Assembly: GCA_964057225.1 (NCBI GenBank) | Contig: OZ059895.1 | Coordinates: forward strand, 21,886,001-21,950,000 | DNA length: 64,000 nt | From: Auanema rhodensis | Lineage: Eukaryota > Animalia > Nematoda | Reading direction: 5' to 3' | Shown: piece by piece, positions 41,901 to 54,728 of the stretch | Position numbering within the stretch: the first letter of the stretch is position 1 | Layout of the letters: each line of letters begins with the position of its first letter | Program-made: the position numbers and the translations under genes | The notes under the pieces: generated by a model | Told to the model about the DNA's origin: nothing | The model's database searches: none | Seen by the model: the letters and a program-made list of their open reading frames with translations, nothing else

Positions 41901-44900
41901 TCGTTGAATAACAATGTCCATCGTCTTTGCCTTGAAAAAAAAAATCTGAAAACATCTACTTTTTGCTAAATTATTTTGAAATTTTTCGAAAAAATTTTTG
42001 TCAAAATGTTTTTGGAAGCAATGTTGAGTGTACATGGAAACTCAACATACACTAATGCATCATTTTTCAAACGATCATAACTAATTTTTGTATTAAGCGT
42101 TTCTCAATGTAGTATAGTGAATTCGATGCGGATTTTTAAGCTGCGTCGATCTGTGTTATCAGATTTGCGCTAGCTTAAAAATGCACCGAGATATCAACTG
42201 ATATAAGTTCACACTTATATCCTCGATTTTCACCCTGAAGAATTAATTTTTTCGTTGAATAACAATGTCCATCGTCTTCGCCTTGAAAAAAGGAATCTAA
42301 AAACATCTACTTTTTGCTAAATTATTTTGAAATTTTTCGAAAAAATTTTTGTCAAAATGTTTTTGGAAGCAATGTTGAGTGTACATGGAAACTCAACATA
42401 CACTAATGCATCATTTTTCAAACGATCATAACTAATTTTTGTATTAAGCGTTTCTCAATGTAGTATAGTGCATTCGATGCGGATTTTTAAGCTGCGTCGA
42501 TCTGTGTTATCAGATTTGCGCTAGCTTAAAAATGCACCGAGATATCAACTGATATAAGTTTACACTTATATCCTCGATTTTCACCCTGAAGAATTAATTT
42601 TTTCGTTGAATAACAATGTCCATCGTCTTCGCCTTGAAAAAAGGAATCTAAAAACATCTACTTTTTGCTAAATTATTTTGAAATTTTTCGAAAAAATTTT
42701 TGTCAAAATTTTTTTGGAAGCAATGTTGAGTGTACATGGAAACTCAACATACACTAATGCATCATTTTTCGAACGATCATAACTAATTTTTGTATTAAGC
42801 GTTTCTCAATGTAGTATAGTGCATTCGATGCGGATTTTTAAGCTGCGTCGATCTGTGTTATCAGATTTGCGCTAGCTTAAAAATGCACCGAGATATCAAC
42901 TGATATAAGTTCACACTTATATCCTCGATTTTCACCCTGAAGAATTAATTTTTTCGTTGAATAACAATGTCCATCGTCTTCGCCTTGAAAAAAGGAATCT
43001 AAAAACATCTACTTTTTGCTGAATTATTTTGAAATTTTTCGAAAAAATTTTTGTCAAAATGTTTTTGGAAGCAATGTTGAGTGTACATGGAAACTCAACT
43101 TACACTAATGCATCATTTTTCAAACGATCATAACTAATTTTTGTATTAAGCGTTTCTCAATGTAGTATAGTGCATTCGATGCGGATTTTTAAGCTGCGTC
43201 GATCTGTGTTATCAGATTTGCGCTAGCTTAAAAATGCACCGAGATATCAACTGATATAAGTTCACACTTATATCCTCGATTTTCACCCTGAAGAATTAAT
43301 TTTTTCGTTGAATAACAATGTCCATCGTCTTTGCCTTGAAAAAAGGAATCTAAAAACATCTACTTTTTGCTAAATTATTCTGAAATTTTTCGAAAAAATT
43401 TTTGTCAAAATGTTTTTGGAAGCAATGTTGAGTGTACATGGTAACTCAACATACACTAATGCATCATTTTTCAAACGATCATAACTAATTTTTGTATTAA
43501 GCGTTTCTCAATGTAGTATAGTGCATTCGATGCGGATTTTTAAGCTGCGTCGATCTGTGTTATCAGATTTGCGCTAGCTTAAAAATGCACCGAGATATCA
43601 ACTGATATAAGTTCACACTTATATCCTCGATTTTCACCCTGAAGAATTAATTTTTTCGTTGAATAACATTGTCCATCGTCTTTGCCTTGAAAAAAAAAAT
43701 CTGAAAACATCTACTTTTTGCTAAATTATTTTGAAATTTTTCGAAAAAATTTTTGTCAAAATGTTTTTGGAAGCAATGTTGAGTGTACATGGAAACTCAA
43801 CATACACTAATGCATCATTTTTCAAACGATCATAACTAATTTTTGTATTAAGCGTTTCTCAATGTAGTATAGTGCATTCGATGCGGATTTTTAAGCTGCG
43901 TCGATCTGTGTTATCAGATTTGCGCTAGCTTAAAAATGCACCGAGATATCAACTGATATAAGTTCACACTTATATCCTCGATTTTCACCCTGAAGAATTA
44001 ATTTTTTCGTTGAATAACAATGTCCATCGTCTTCGCCTTGAAAAAAGGAATCTAAAAACATCTACTTTTTGCTAAATTATTTTGAAATTTTTCGAAAAAA
44101 TTTTTGTCAAAATGTTTTTGGAAGCAATGTTGAGTGTACATGGAAACTCAACATACACTAATGCATCATTTTTCAAACGATCATAACTAATTTTTGTATT
44201 AAGCGTTTCTCAATGTAGTATAGTGCATTCGATGCGGATTTTTAAGCTGCGTCGATCTGTGTTATCAGATTTGCGCTAGCTTAAAAATGCACCGAGATAT
44301 CAACTGATATAAGTTCACACTTATATCCTCGATTTTCACCCTGAAGAATTAATTTTTTCGTTGAATAACAATGTCCATCGTCTTTGCCTTGAAAAAAGGA
44401 ATCTAAAAACATCTACTTTTTGCTAAATTATTCTGAAATTTTTCGAAAAAATTTTTGTCAAAATGTTTTTGGAAGCAATGTTGAGTGTACATGGTAACTC
44501 AACATACACTAATGCATCATTTTTCAAACGATCATAACTAATTTTTGTATTAAGCGTTTCTCAATGTAGTATAGTGCATTCGATGCGGATTTTTAAGCTG
44601 CGTCGATCTGTGTTATCAGATTTGCGCTAGCTTAAAAATGCACCGAGATATCAACTGATATAAGTTCACACTTATATCCTCGATTTTCACCCTGAAGAAT
44701 TAATTTTTTCGTTGAATAACATTGTCCATCGTCTTTGCCTTGAAAAAAAAAATCTGAAAACATCTACTTTTTGCTAAATTATTTTGAAATTTTTCGAAAA
44801 AATTTTTGTCAAAATGTTTTTGGAAGCAATGTTGAGTGTACATGGAAACTCAACATACACTAATGCATCATTTTTCAAACGATCATAACTAATTTTTGTA

Positions 44901-47357
44901 TTAAGCGTTTCTCAATGTAGTATAGTGCATTCGATGCGGATTTTTAAGCTGCGTCGATCTGTGTTATCAGATTTGCGCTAGCTTAAAAATGCACCGAGAT
45001 ATCAACTGATATAAGTTCACACTTATATCCTCGATTTTCACCCTGAAGAATTAATTTTTTCGTTGAATAACATTGTCCATCGTCTTTGCCTTGAAAAAAA
45101 AAATCTGAAAACATCTACTTTTTGCTAAATTATTTTGAAATTTTTCGAAAAAATTTTTGTCAAAATGTTTTTGGAAGCAATGTTGAGTGTACATGGAAAC
45201 TCAACATACACTAATGCATCATTTTTCAAACGATCATAACTAATTTTTGTATTAAGCGTTTCTCAATGTAGTATAGTGAATTCGATGCGGATTTTTAAGC
45301 TGCGTCGATCTGTGTTATCAGATTTGCGCTAGCTTAAAAATGCACCGAGATATCAACTGATATAAGTTCACACTTATATCCTCGATTTTCACCCTGAAGA
45401 ATTAATTTTTTCGTTGAATAACAATGTCCATCGTCTTCGCCTTGAAAAAAGGAATCTAAAAACATCTACTTTTTGCTAAATTATTTTGAAATTTTTCGAA
45501 AAAATTTTTGTCAAAATGTTTTTGGAAGCAATGTTGAGTGTACATGGAAACTCAACATACACTAATGCATCATTTTTCAAACGATCATAACTAATTTTTG
45601 TATTAAGCGTTTCTCAATGTAGTATAGTGCATTCGATGCGGATTTTTAAGCTGCGTCGATCTGTGTTATCAGATTTGCGCTAGCTTAAAAATGCACCGAG
45701 ATATCAACTGATATAAGTTTACACTTATATCCTCGATTTTCACCCTGAAGAATTAATTTTTTCGTTGAATAACAATGTCCATCGTCTTCGCCTTGAAAAA
45801 AGGAATCTAAAAACATCTACTTTTTGCTAAATTATTTTGAAATTTTTCGAAAAAATTTTTGTCAAAATTTTTTTGGAAGCAATGTTGAGTGTACATGGAA
45901 ACTCAACATACACTAATGCATCATTTTTCGAACGATCATAACTAATTTTTGTATTAAGCGTTTCTCAATGTAGTATAGTGCATTCGATGCGGATTTTTAA
46001 GCTGCGTCGATCTGTGTTATCAGATTTGCGCTAGCTTAAAAATGCACCGAGATATCAACTGATATAAGTTCACACTTATATCCTCGATTTTCACCCTGAA
46101 GAATTAATTTTTTCGTTGAATAACAATGTCCATCGTCTTCGCCTTGAAAAAAGGAATCTAAAAACATCTACTTTTTGCTGAATTATTTTGAAATTTTTCG
46201 AAAAAATTTTTGTCAAAATGTTTTTGGAAGCAATGTTGAGTGTACATGGAAACTCAACATACACTAATGCATCATTTTTCAAACGATCATAACTAATTTT
46301 TGTATTAAGCGTTTCTCAATGTAGTATAGTGCATTCGATGCGGATTTTTAAGCTGCGTCGATCTGTGTTATCAGATTTGCGCTAGCTTAAAAATGCACCG
46401 AGATATCAACTGATATAAGTTCACACTTATATCCTCGATTTTCACCCTGAAGAATTAATTTTTTCGTTGAATAACAATGTCCATCGTCTTCGCCTTGAAA
46501 AAAGGAATCTAAAAACATCTACTTTTCGCTAAATTATTTTGAAATTTTTCGAAAAAATTTTTGTCAAAATGTTTTTGGAAGCAATGTTGAGTGTACATGG
46601 AAACTCAACATACACTAATGCATCATTTTTCAAACGATCATAACTAATTTTTGTATTAAGCGTTTCTCAATGTAGTATAGTGCATTCGATGCGGATTTTT
46701 AAGCTGCGTCGATCTGTGTTATCAGATTTGCGCTAGCTTAAAAATGCACCGAGATATCAACTGATATAAGTTCACACTTATATCCTCGATTTTCACCCTG
46801 AAGAATTAATTTTTTCGTTGAATAACAATGTCCATCGTCTTTGCCTTGAAAAAAGGAATCTAAAAACATCTACTTTTTGCTAAATTATTCTGAAATTTTT
46901 CGAAAAAATTTTTGTCAAAATGTTTTTGGAAGCAATGTTGAGTGTACATGGTAACTCAACATACACTAATGCATCATTTTTCAAACGATCATAACTAATT
47001 TTTGTATTAAGCGTTTCTCAATGTAGTATAGTGCATTCGATGCGGATTTTTAAGCTGCGTCGATCTGTGTTATCAGATTTGCGCTAGCTTAAAAATGCAC
47101 CGAGATATCAACTGATATAAGTTCACACTTATATCCTCGATTTTCACCCTGAAGAATTAATTTTTTCGTTGAATAACATTGTCCATCGTCTTTGCCTTGA
47201 AAAAAAAAATCTGAAAACATCTACTTTTTGCTAAATTATTTTGAAATTTTTCGAAAAAATTTTTGTCAAAATGTTTTTGGAAGCAATGTTGAGTGTACAT
47301 GGAAACTCAACATACACTAATGCATCATTTTTCAAACGATCATAACTAATTTTTGTA
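38934..47357 (+). repeat. Three copies of a D-rich cassette spaced 9 monomers (3159 bp) apart
   Basis: D(EcoRI)-D(T118,T267,G328)-D(G227) at 38934, 42093 and 45252. The intervening monomers differ between copies. Confidence 0.85.
43848..44198 (+). repeat. Representative monomer, class D (A173, C187, GG, A207, T223, T235)
   Basis: cttcgcc...gg...tttttgct...attttgaaa. One SNP from B and two from C. Class D dominates 1756-4563 and is frequent in 38583-46304. Confidence 0.9.
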
Positions 47358-49814
47358 TTAAGCGTTTCTCAATGTAGTATAGTGCATTCGATGCGGATTT
47401 TTAAGCTGCGTCGATCTGTGTTATCAGATTTGCGCTAGCTTAAAAATGCACCGAGATATCAACTGATATAAGTTCACACTTATATCCTCGATTTTCACCC
47501 TGAAGAATTAATTTTTTCGTTGAATAACAATGTCCATCGTCTTCGCCTTGAAAAAAGGAATCTAAAAACATCTACTTTTTGCTAAATTATTTTGAAATTT
47601 TTCGAAAAAATTTTTGTCAAAATGTTTTTGGAAGCAATGTTGAGTGTACATGGAAACTCAACATACACTAATGCATCATTTTTCAAACGATCATAACTAA
47701 TTTTTGTATTAAGCGTTTCTCAATGTAGTATAGTGCATTCGATGCGGATTTTTAAGCTGCGTCGATCTGTGTTATCAGATTTGCGCTAGCTTAAAAATGC
47801 ACCGAGATATCAACTGATATAAGTTCACACTTATATCCTCGATTTTCACCCTGAAGAATTAATTTTTTCGTTGAATAACAATGTCCATCGTCTTCGCCTT
47901 GAAAAAAGGAATCTAAAAACATCTACTTTTCGCTAAATTATTTTGAAATTTTTCGAAAAAATTTTTGTCAAAATGTTTTTGGAAGCAATGTTGAGTGTAC
48001 ATGGAAACTCAACATACACTAATGCATCATTTTTCAAACGATCATAACTAATTTTTGTATTAAGCGTTTCTCAATGTAGTATAGTGCATTCGATGCGGAT
48101 TTTTAAGCTGCGTCGATCTGTGTTATCAGATTTGCGCTAGCTTAAAAATGCACCGAGATATCAACTGATATAAGTTCACACTTATATCCTCGATTTTCAC
48201 CCTGAAGAATTAATTTTTTCGTTGAATAACAATGTCCATCGTCTTTGCCTTGAAAAAAGGAATCTAAAAACATCTACTTTTTGCTAAATTATTCTGAAAT
48301 TTTTCGAAAAAATTTTTGTCAAAATGTTTTTGGAAGCAATGTTGAGTGTACATGGTAACTCAACATACACTAATGCATCATTTTTCAAACGATCATAACT
48401 AATTTTTGTATTAAGCGTTTCTCAATGTAGTATAGTGCATTCGATGCGGATTTTTAAGCTGCGTCGATCTGTGTTATCAGATTTGCGCTAGCTTAAAAAT
48501 GCACCGAGATATCAACTGATATAAGTTCACACTTATATCCTCGATTTTCACCCTGAAGAATTAATTTTTTCGTTGAATAACATTGTCCATCGTCTTTGCC
48601 TTGAAAAAAAAAATCTGAAAACATCTACTTTTTGCTAAATTATTTTGAAATTTTTCGAAAAAATTTTTGTCAAAATGTTTTTGGAAGCAATGTTGAGTGT
48701 ACATGGAAACTCAACATACACTAATGCATCATTTTTCAAACGATCATAACTAATTTTTGTATTAAGCGTTTCTCAATGTAGTATAGTGCATTCGATGCGG
48801 ATTTTTAAGCTGCGTCGATCTGTGTTATCAGATTTGCGCTAGCTTAAAAATGCACCGAGATATCAACTGATATAAGTTCACACTTATATCCTCGATTTTC
48901 ACCCTGAAGAATTAATTTTTTCGTTGAATAACAATGTCCATCGTCTTCGCCTTGAAAAAAGGAATCTAAAAACATCTACTTTTCGCTAAATTATTTTGAA
49001 ATTTTTCGAAAAAATTTTTGTCAAAATGTTTTTGGAAGCAATGTTGAGTGTACATGGAAACTCAACATACACTAATGCATCATTTTTCAAACGATCATAA
49101 CTAATTTTTGTATTAAGCGTTTCTCAATGTAGTATAGTGAATTCGATGCGGATTTTTAAGCTGCGTCGATCTGTGTTATCAGATTTGCGCTAGCTTAAAA
49201 ATGCACCGAGATATCAACTGATATAAGTTCACACTTATATCCTCGATTTTCACCCTGAAGAATTAATTTTTTCGTTGAATAACATTGTCCATCGTCTTTG
49301 CCTTGAAAAAAAAAATCTGAAAACATCTACTTTTTGCTAAATTATTTTGAAATTTTTCGAAAAAATTTTTGTCAAAATGTTTTTGGAAGCAATGTTGAGT
49401 GTACATGGAAACTCAACATACACTAATGCATCATTTTTCAAACGATCATAACTAATTTTTGTATTAAGCGTTTCTCAATGTAGTATAGTGCATTCGATGC
49501 GGATTTTTAAGCTGCGTCGATCTGTGTTATCAGATTTGCGCTAGCTTAAAAATGCACCGAGATATCAACTGATATAAGTTCACACTTATATCCTCGATTT
49601 TCACCCTGAAGAATTAATTTTTTCGTTGAATAACAATGTCCATCGTCTTCGCCTTGAAAAAAGGAATCTAAAAACATCTACTTTTCGCTAAATTATTTTG
49701 AAATTTTTCGAAAAAATTTTTGTCAAAATGTTTTTGGAAGCAATGTTGAGTGTACATGGAAACTCAACATACACTAATGCATCATTTTTCAAACGATCAT
49801 AACTAATTTTTGTA

Positions 49815-52800
49815 TTAAGCGTTTCTCAATGTAGTATAGTGAATTCGATGCGGATTTTTAAGCTGCGTCGATCTGTGTTATCAGATTTGCGCTAGCTTAA
49901 AAATGCACCGAGATATCAACTGATATAAGTTCACACTTATATCCTCGATTTTCACCCTGAAGAATTAATTTTTTCGTTGAATAACATTGTCCATCGTCTT
50001 TGCCTTGAAAAAAAAAATCTGAAAACATCTACTTTTTGCTAAATTATTTTGAAATTTTTCGAAAAAATTTTTGTCAAAATGTTTTTGGAAGCAATGTTGT
50101 GTGTACATGGAAACTCAACATACACTAATGCATCATTTTTCAAACGATCATAACTAATTTTTGTATTAAGCGTTTCTCAATGTAGTATAGTGCATTCGAT
50201 GCGGATTTTTAAGCTGCGTCGATCTGTGTTATCAGATTTGCGCTAGCTTAAAAATGCACCGAGATATCAACTGATATAAGTTCACACTTATATCCTCGAT
50301 TTTCACCCTGAAGAATTAATTTTTTCGTTGAATAACAATGTCCATCGTCTTCGCCTTAAAAAAAGGAATCTAAAAACATCTACGTTTCGCTAAATTATTT
50401 TGAAATTTTTCGAAAAAATTTTTGTCAAAATGTTTTTGGAAGCAATGTTGAGTGTACATGGAAACTCAACATACACTAATGCATCATTTTTCAAACGATC
50501 ATAACTAATTTTTGTATTAAGCGTTTCTCAATGTAGTATAGTGCATTCGATGCGGATTTTTAAGCTGCGTCGATCTGTGTTATCAGATTTGCGCTAGCTT
50601 AAAAATGCACCGAGATATCAACTGATATAAGTTCACACTTATATCCTCGATTTTCACCCTGAAGAATTAATTTTTTCGTTGAATAACAATGTCCATCGTC
50701 TTTGCCTTGAAAAAAGGAATCTAAAAACATCTACTTTTTGCTAAATTATTCTGAAATTTTTTGAAAAAATTTTTGTCAAAATGTTTTTGGAAGCAATGTT
50801 GAGTGTACATGGAAACTCAACATACACTAATGCATCATTTTTCAAACGATCATAACTAATTTTTGTATTAAGCGTTTCTCAATGTAGTATAGTGCATTCG
50901 ATGCGGATTTTTAAGCTGCGTCGATCTGTGTTATCAGATTTGCGCTAGCTTAAAAATGCACCGAGATATCAACTGATATAAGTTCACACTTATATCCTCG
51001 ATTTTCACCCTGAAGAATTAATTTTTTCGTTGAATAACAATGTCCATCGTCTTTGCCTTGAAAAAAGGAATCTAAAAACATCTACTTTTTGCTAAATTAT
51101 TCTGAAATTTTTCGAAAAAATTTTTGTCAAAATGTTTTTGGAAGCAATGTTGAGTGTACATGGAAACTCAACATACACTAATGCATCATTTTTCAAACGA
51201 TCATAACTAATTTTTGTATTAAGCGTTTCTCAATGTAGTATAGTGCATTCGATGCGGATTTTTAAGCTGCGTCGATCTGTGTTATCAGATTTGCGCTAGC
51301 TTAAAAATGCACCGAGATATCAACTGATATAAGTTCACACTTATATCCTCGATTTTCACCCTGAAGAATTAATTTTTTCGTTGAATAACAATGTCCATCG
51401 TCTTTGCCTTGAAAAAAGGAATCTAAAAACATCTACTTTTTGCTAAATTATTCTGAAATTTTTCGAAAAAATTTTTGTCAAAATGTTTTTGGAAGCAATG
51501 TTGAGTGTACATGGAAACTCAACATACACTAATGCATCATTTTTCAAACGATCATAACTAATTTTTGTATTAAGCGTTTCTCAATGTAGTATAGTGCATT
51601 CGATGCGGATTTTTAAGCTGCGTCGATCTGTGTTATCAGATTTGCGCTAGCTTAAAAATGCACCGAGATATCAACTGATATAAGTTCACACTTATATCCT
51701 CGATTTTCACCCTGAAGAATTAATTTTTTCGTTGAATAACAATGTCCATCGTCTTTGCCTTGAAAAAAGGAATCTAAAAACATCTACTTTTTGCTAAATT
51801 ATTCTGAAATTTTTTGAAAAAATTTTTGTCAAAATGTTTTTGGAAGCAATGTTGAGTGTACATGGAAACTCAACATACACTAATGCATCATTTTTCAAAC
51901 GATCATAACTAATTTTTGTATTAAGCGTTTCTCAATGTAGTATAGTGAATTCGATGCGGATTTTTAAGCTGCGTCGATCTGTGTTATCAGATTTGCGCTA
52001 GCTTAAAAATGCACCGAGATATCAACTGATATAAGTTCACACTTATATCCTCGATTTTCACCCTGAAGAATTAATTTTTTCGTTGAATAACATTGTCCAT
52101 CGTCTTTGCCTTGAAAAAAAAAATCTGAAAACATCTACTTTTTGCTAAATTATTTTGAAATTTTTCGAAAAAATTTTTGTCAAAATGTTTTTGGAAGCAA
52201 TGTTGTGTGTACATGGAAACTCAACATACACTAATGCATCATTTTTCAAACGATCATAACTAATTTTTGTATTAAGCGTTTCTCAATGTAGTATAGTGCA
52301 TTCGATGCGGATTTTTAAGCTGCGTCGATCTGTGTTATCAGATTTGCGCTAGCTTAAAAATGCACCGAGATATCAACTGATATAAGTTCACACTTATATC
52401 CTCGATTTTCACCCTGAAGAATTAATTTTTTCGTTGAATAACAATGTCCATCGTCTTCGCCTTAAAAAAAGGAATCTAAAAACATCTACGTTTCGCTAAA
52501 TTATTTTGAAATTTTTCGAAAAAATTTTTGTCAAAATGTTTTTGGAAGCAATGTTGAGTGTACATGGAAACTCAACATACACTAATGCATCATTTTTCAA
52601 ACGATCATAACTAATTTTTGTATTAAGCGTTTCTCAATGTAGTATAGTGCATTCGATGCGGATTTTTAAGCTGCGTCGATCTGTGTTATCAGATTTGCGC
52701 TAGCTTAAAAATGCACCGAGATATCAACTGATATAAGTTCACACTTATATCCTCGATTTTCACCCTGAAGAATTAATTTTTTCGTTGAATAACAATGTCC

Positions 52801-54026
52801 ATCGTCTTTGCCTTGAAAAAAGGAATCTAAAAACATCTACTTTTTGCTAAATTATTCTGAAATTTTTTGAAAAAATTTTTGTCAAAATGTTTTTGGAAGC
52901 AATGTTGAGTGTACATGGAAACTCAACATACACTAATGCATCATTTTTCAAACGATCATAACTAATTTTTGTATTAAGCGTTTCTCAATGTAGTATAGTG
53001 CATTCGATGCGGATTTTTAAGCTGCGTCGATCTGTGTTATCAGATTTGCGCTAGCTTAAAAATGCACCGAGATATCAACTGATATAAGTTCACACTTATA
53101 TCCTCGATTTTCACCCTGAAGAATTAATTTTTTCGTTGAATAACAATGTCCATCGTCTTTGCCTTGAAAAAAGGAATCTAAAAACATCTACTTTTTGCTA
53201 AATTATTCTGAAATTTTTCGAAAAAATTTTTGTCAAAATGTTTTTGGAAGCAATGTTGAGTGTACATGGAAACTCAACATACACTAATGCATCATTTTTC
53301 AAACGATCATAACTAATTTTTGTATTAAGCGTTTCTCAATGTAGTATAGTGCATTCGATGCGGATTTTTAAGCTGCGTCGATCTGTGTTATCAGATTTGC
53401 GCTAGCTTAAAAATGCACCGAGATATCAACTGATATAAGTTCACACTTATATCCTCGATTTTCACCCTGAAGAATTAATTTTTTCGTTGAATAACAATGT
53501 CCATCGTCTTTGCCTTGAAAAAAGGAATCTAAAAACATCTACTTTTTGCTAAATTATTCTGAAATTTTTCGAAAAAATTTTTGTCAAAATGTTTTTGGAA
53601 GCAATGTTGAGTGTACATGGAAACTCAACATACACTAATGCATCATTTTTCAAACGATCATAACTAATTTTTGTATTAAGCGTTTCTCAATGTAGTATAG
53701 TGCATTCGATGCGGATTTTTAAGCTGCGTCGATCTGTGTTATCAGATTTGCGCTAGCTTAAAAATGCACCGAGATATCAACTGATATAAGTTCACACTTA
53801 TATCCTCGATTTTCACCCTGAAGAATTAATTTTTTCGTTGAATAACAATGTCCATCGTCTTTGCCTTGAAAAAAGGAATCTAAAAACATCTACTTTTTGC
53901 TAAATTATTCTGAAATTTTTTGAAAAAATTTTTGTCAAAATGTTTTTGGAAGCAATGTTGAGTGTACATGGAAACTCAACATACACTAATGCATCATTTT
54001 TCAAACGATCATAACTAATTTTTGTA
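49815..54026 (+). repeat. 6-monomer (2106-bp) tandem duplication, apparently perfect
   Basis: A(EcoRI,T286)-B(A193,G219)-C(T246)-C-C-C(T246) at 49815 and 51921. No differences seen by eye. Confidence 0.92.
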
Positions 54027-54728
54027 TTAAGCGTTTCTCAATGTAGTATAGTGCATTCGATGCGGATTTTTAAGCTGCGTCGATCTGTGTTATCAGATTT
54101 GCGCTAGCTTAAAAATGCACCGAGATATCAACTGATATAAGTTCACACTTATATCCTCGATTTTCACCCTGAAGAATTAATTTTTTCGTTGAATAACAAT
54201 GTCCATCGTCTTCGCCTTGAAAAAAGGAATCTAAAAACATCTACTTTTTGCTGAATTATTTTGAAATTTTTCGAAAAAATTTTTGTCAAAATGTTTTTGG
54301 AAGCAATGTTGAGTGTACATGGAAACTCAACATACACTAATGCATCATTTTTCAAACGATCATAACTAATTTTTGTATTAAGCGTTTCTCAATGTAGTAT
54401 AGTGCATTCGATGCGGATTTTTAAGCTGCGTCGATCTGTGTTATCAGATTTGCGCTAGCTTAAAAATGCACCGAGATATCAACTGATATAAGTTCACACT
54501 TATATCCTCGATTTTCACCCTGAAGAATTAATTTTTTCGTTGAATAACAATGTCCATCGTCTTCGCCTTGAAAAAAGGAATCTAAAAACATCTACTTTTC
54601 GCTAAATTATTTTGAAATTTTTCGAAAAAATTTTTGTCAAAATGTTTTTGGAAGCAATGTTGAGTGTACATGGAAACTCAACATACACTAATGCATCATT
54701 TTTCAAACGATCATAACTAATTTTTGTA

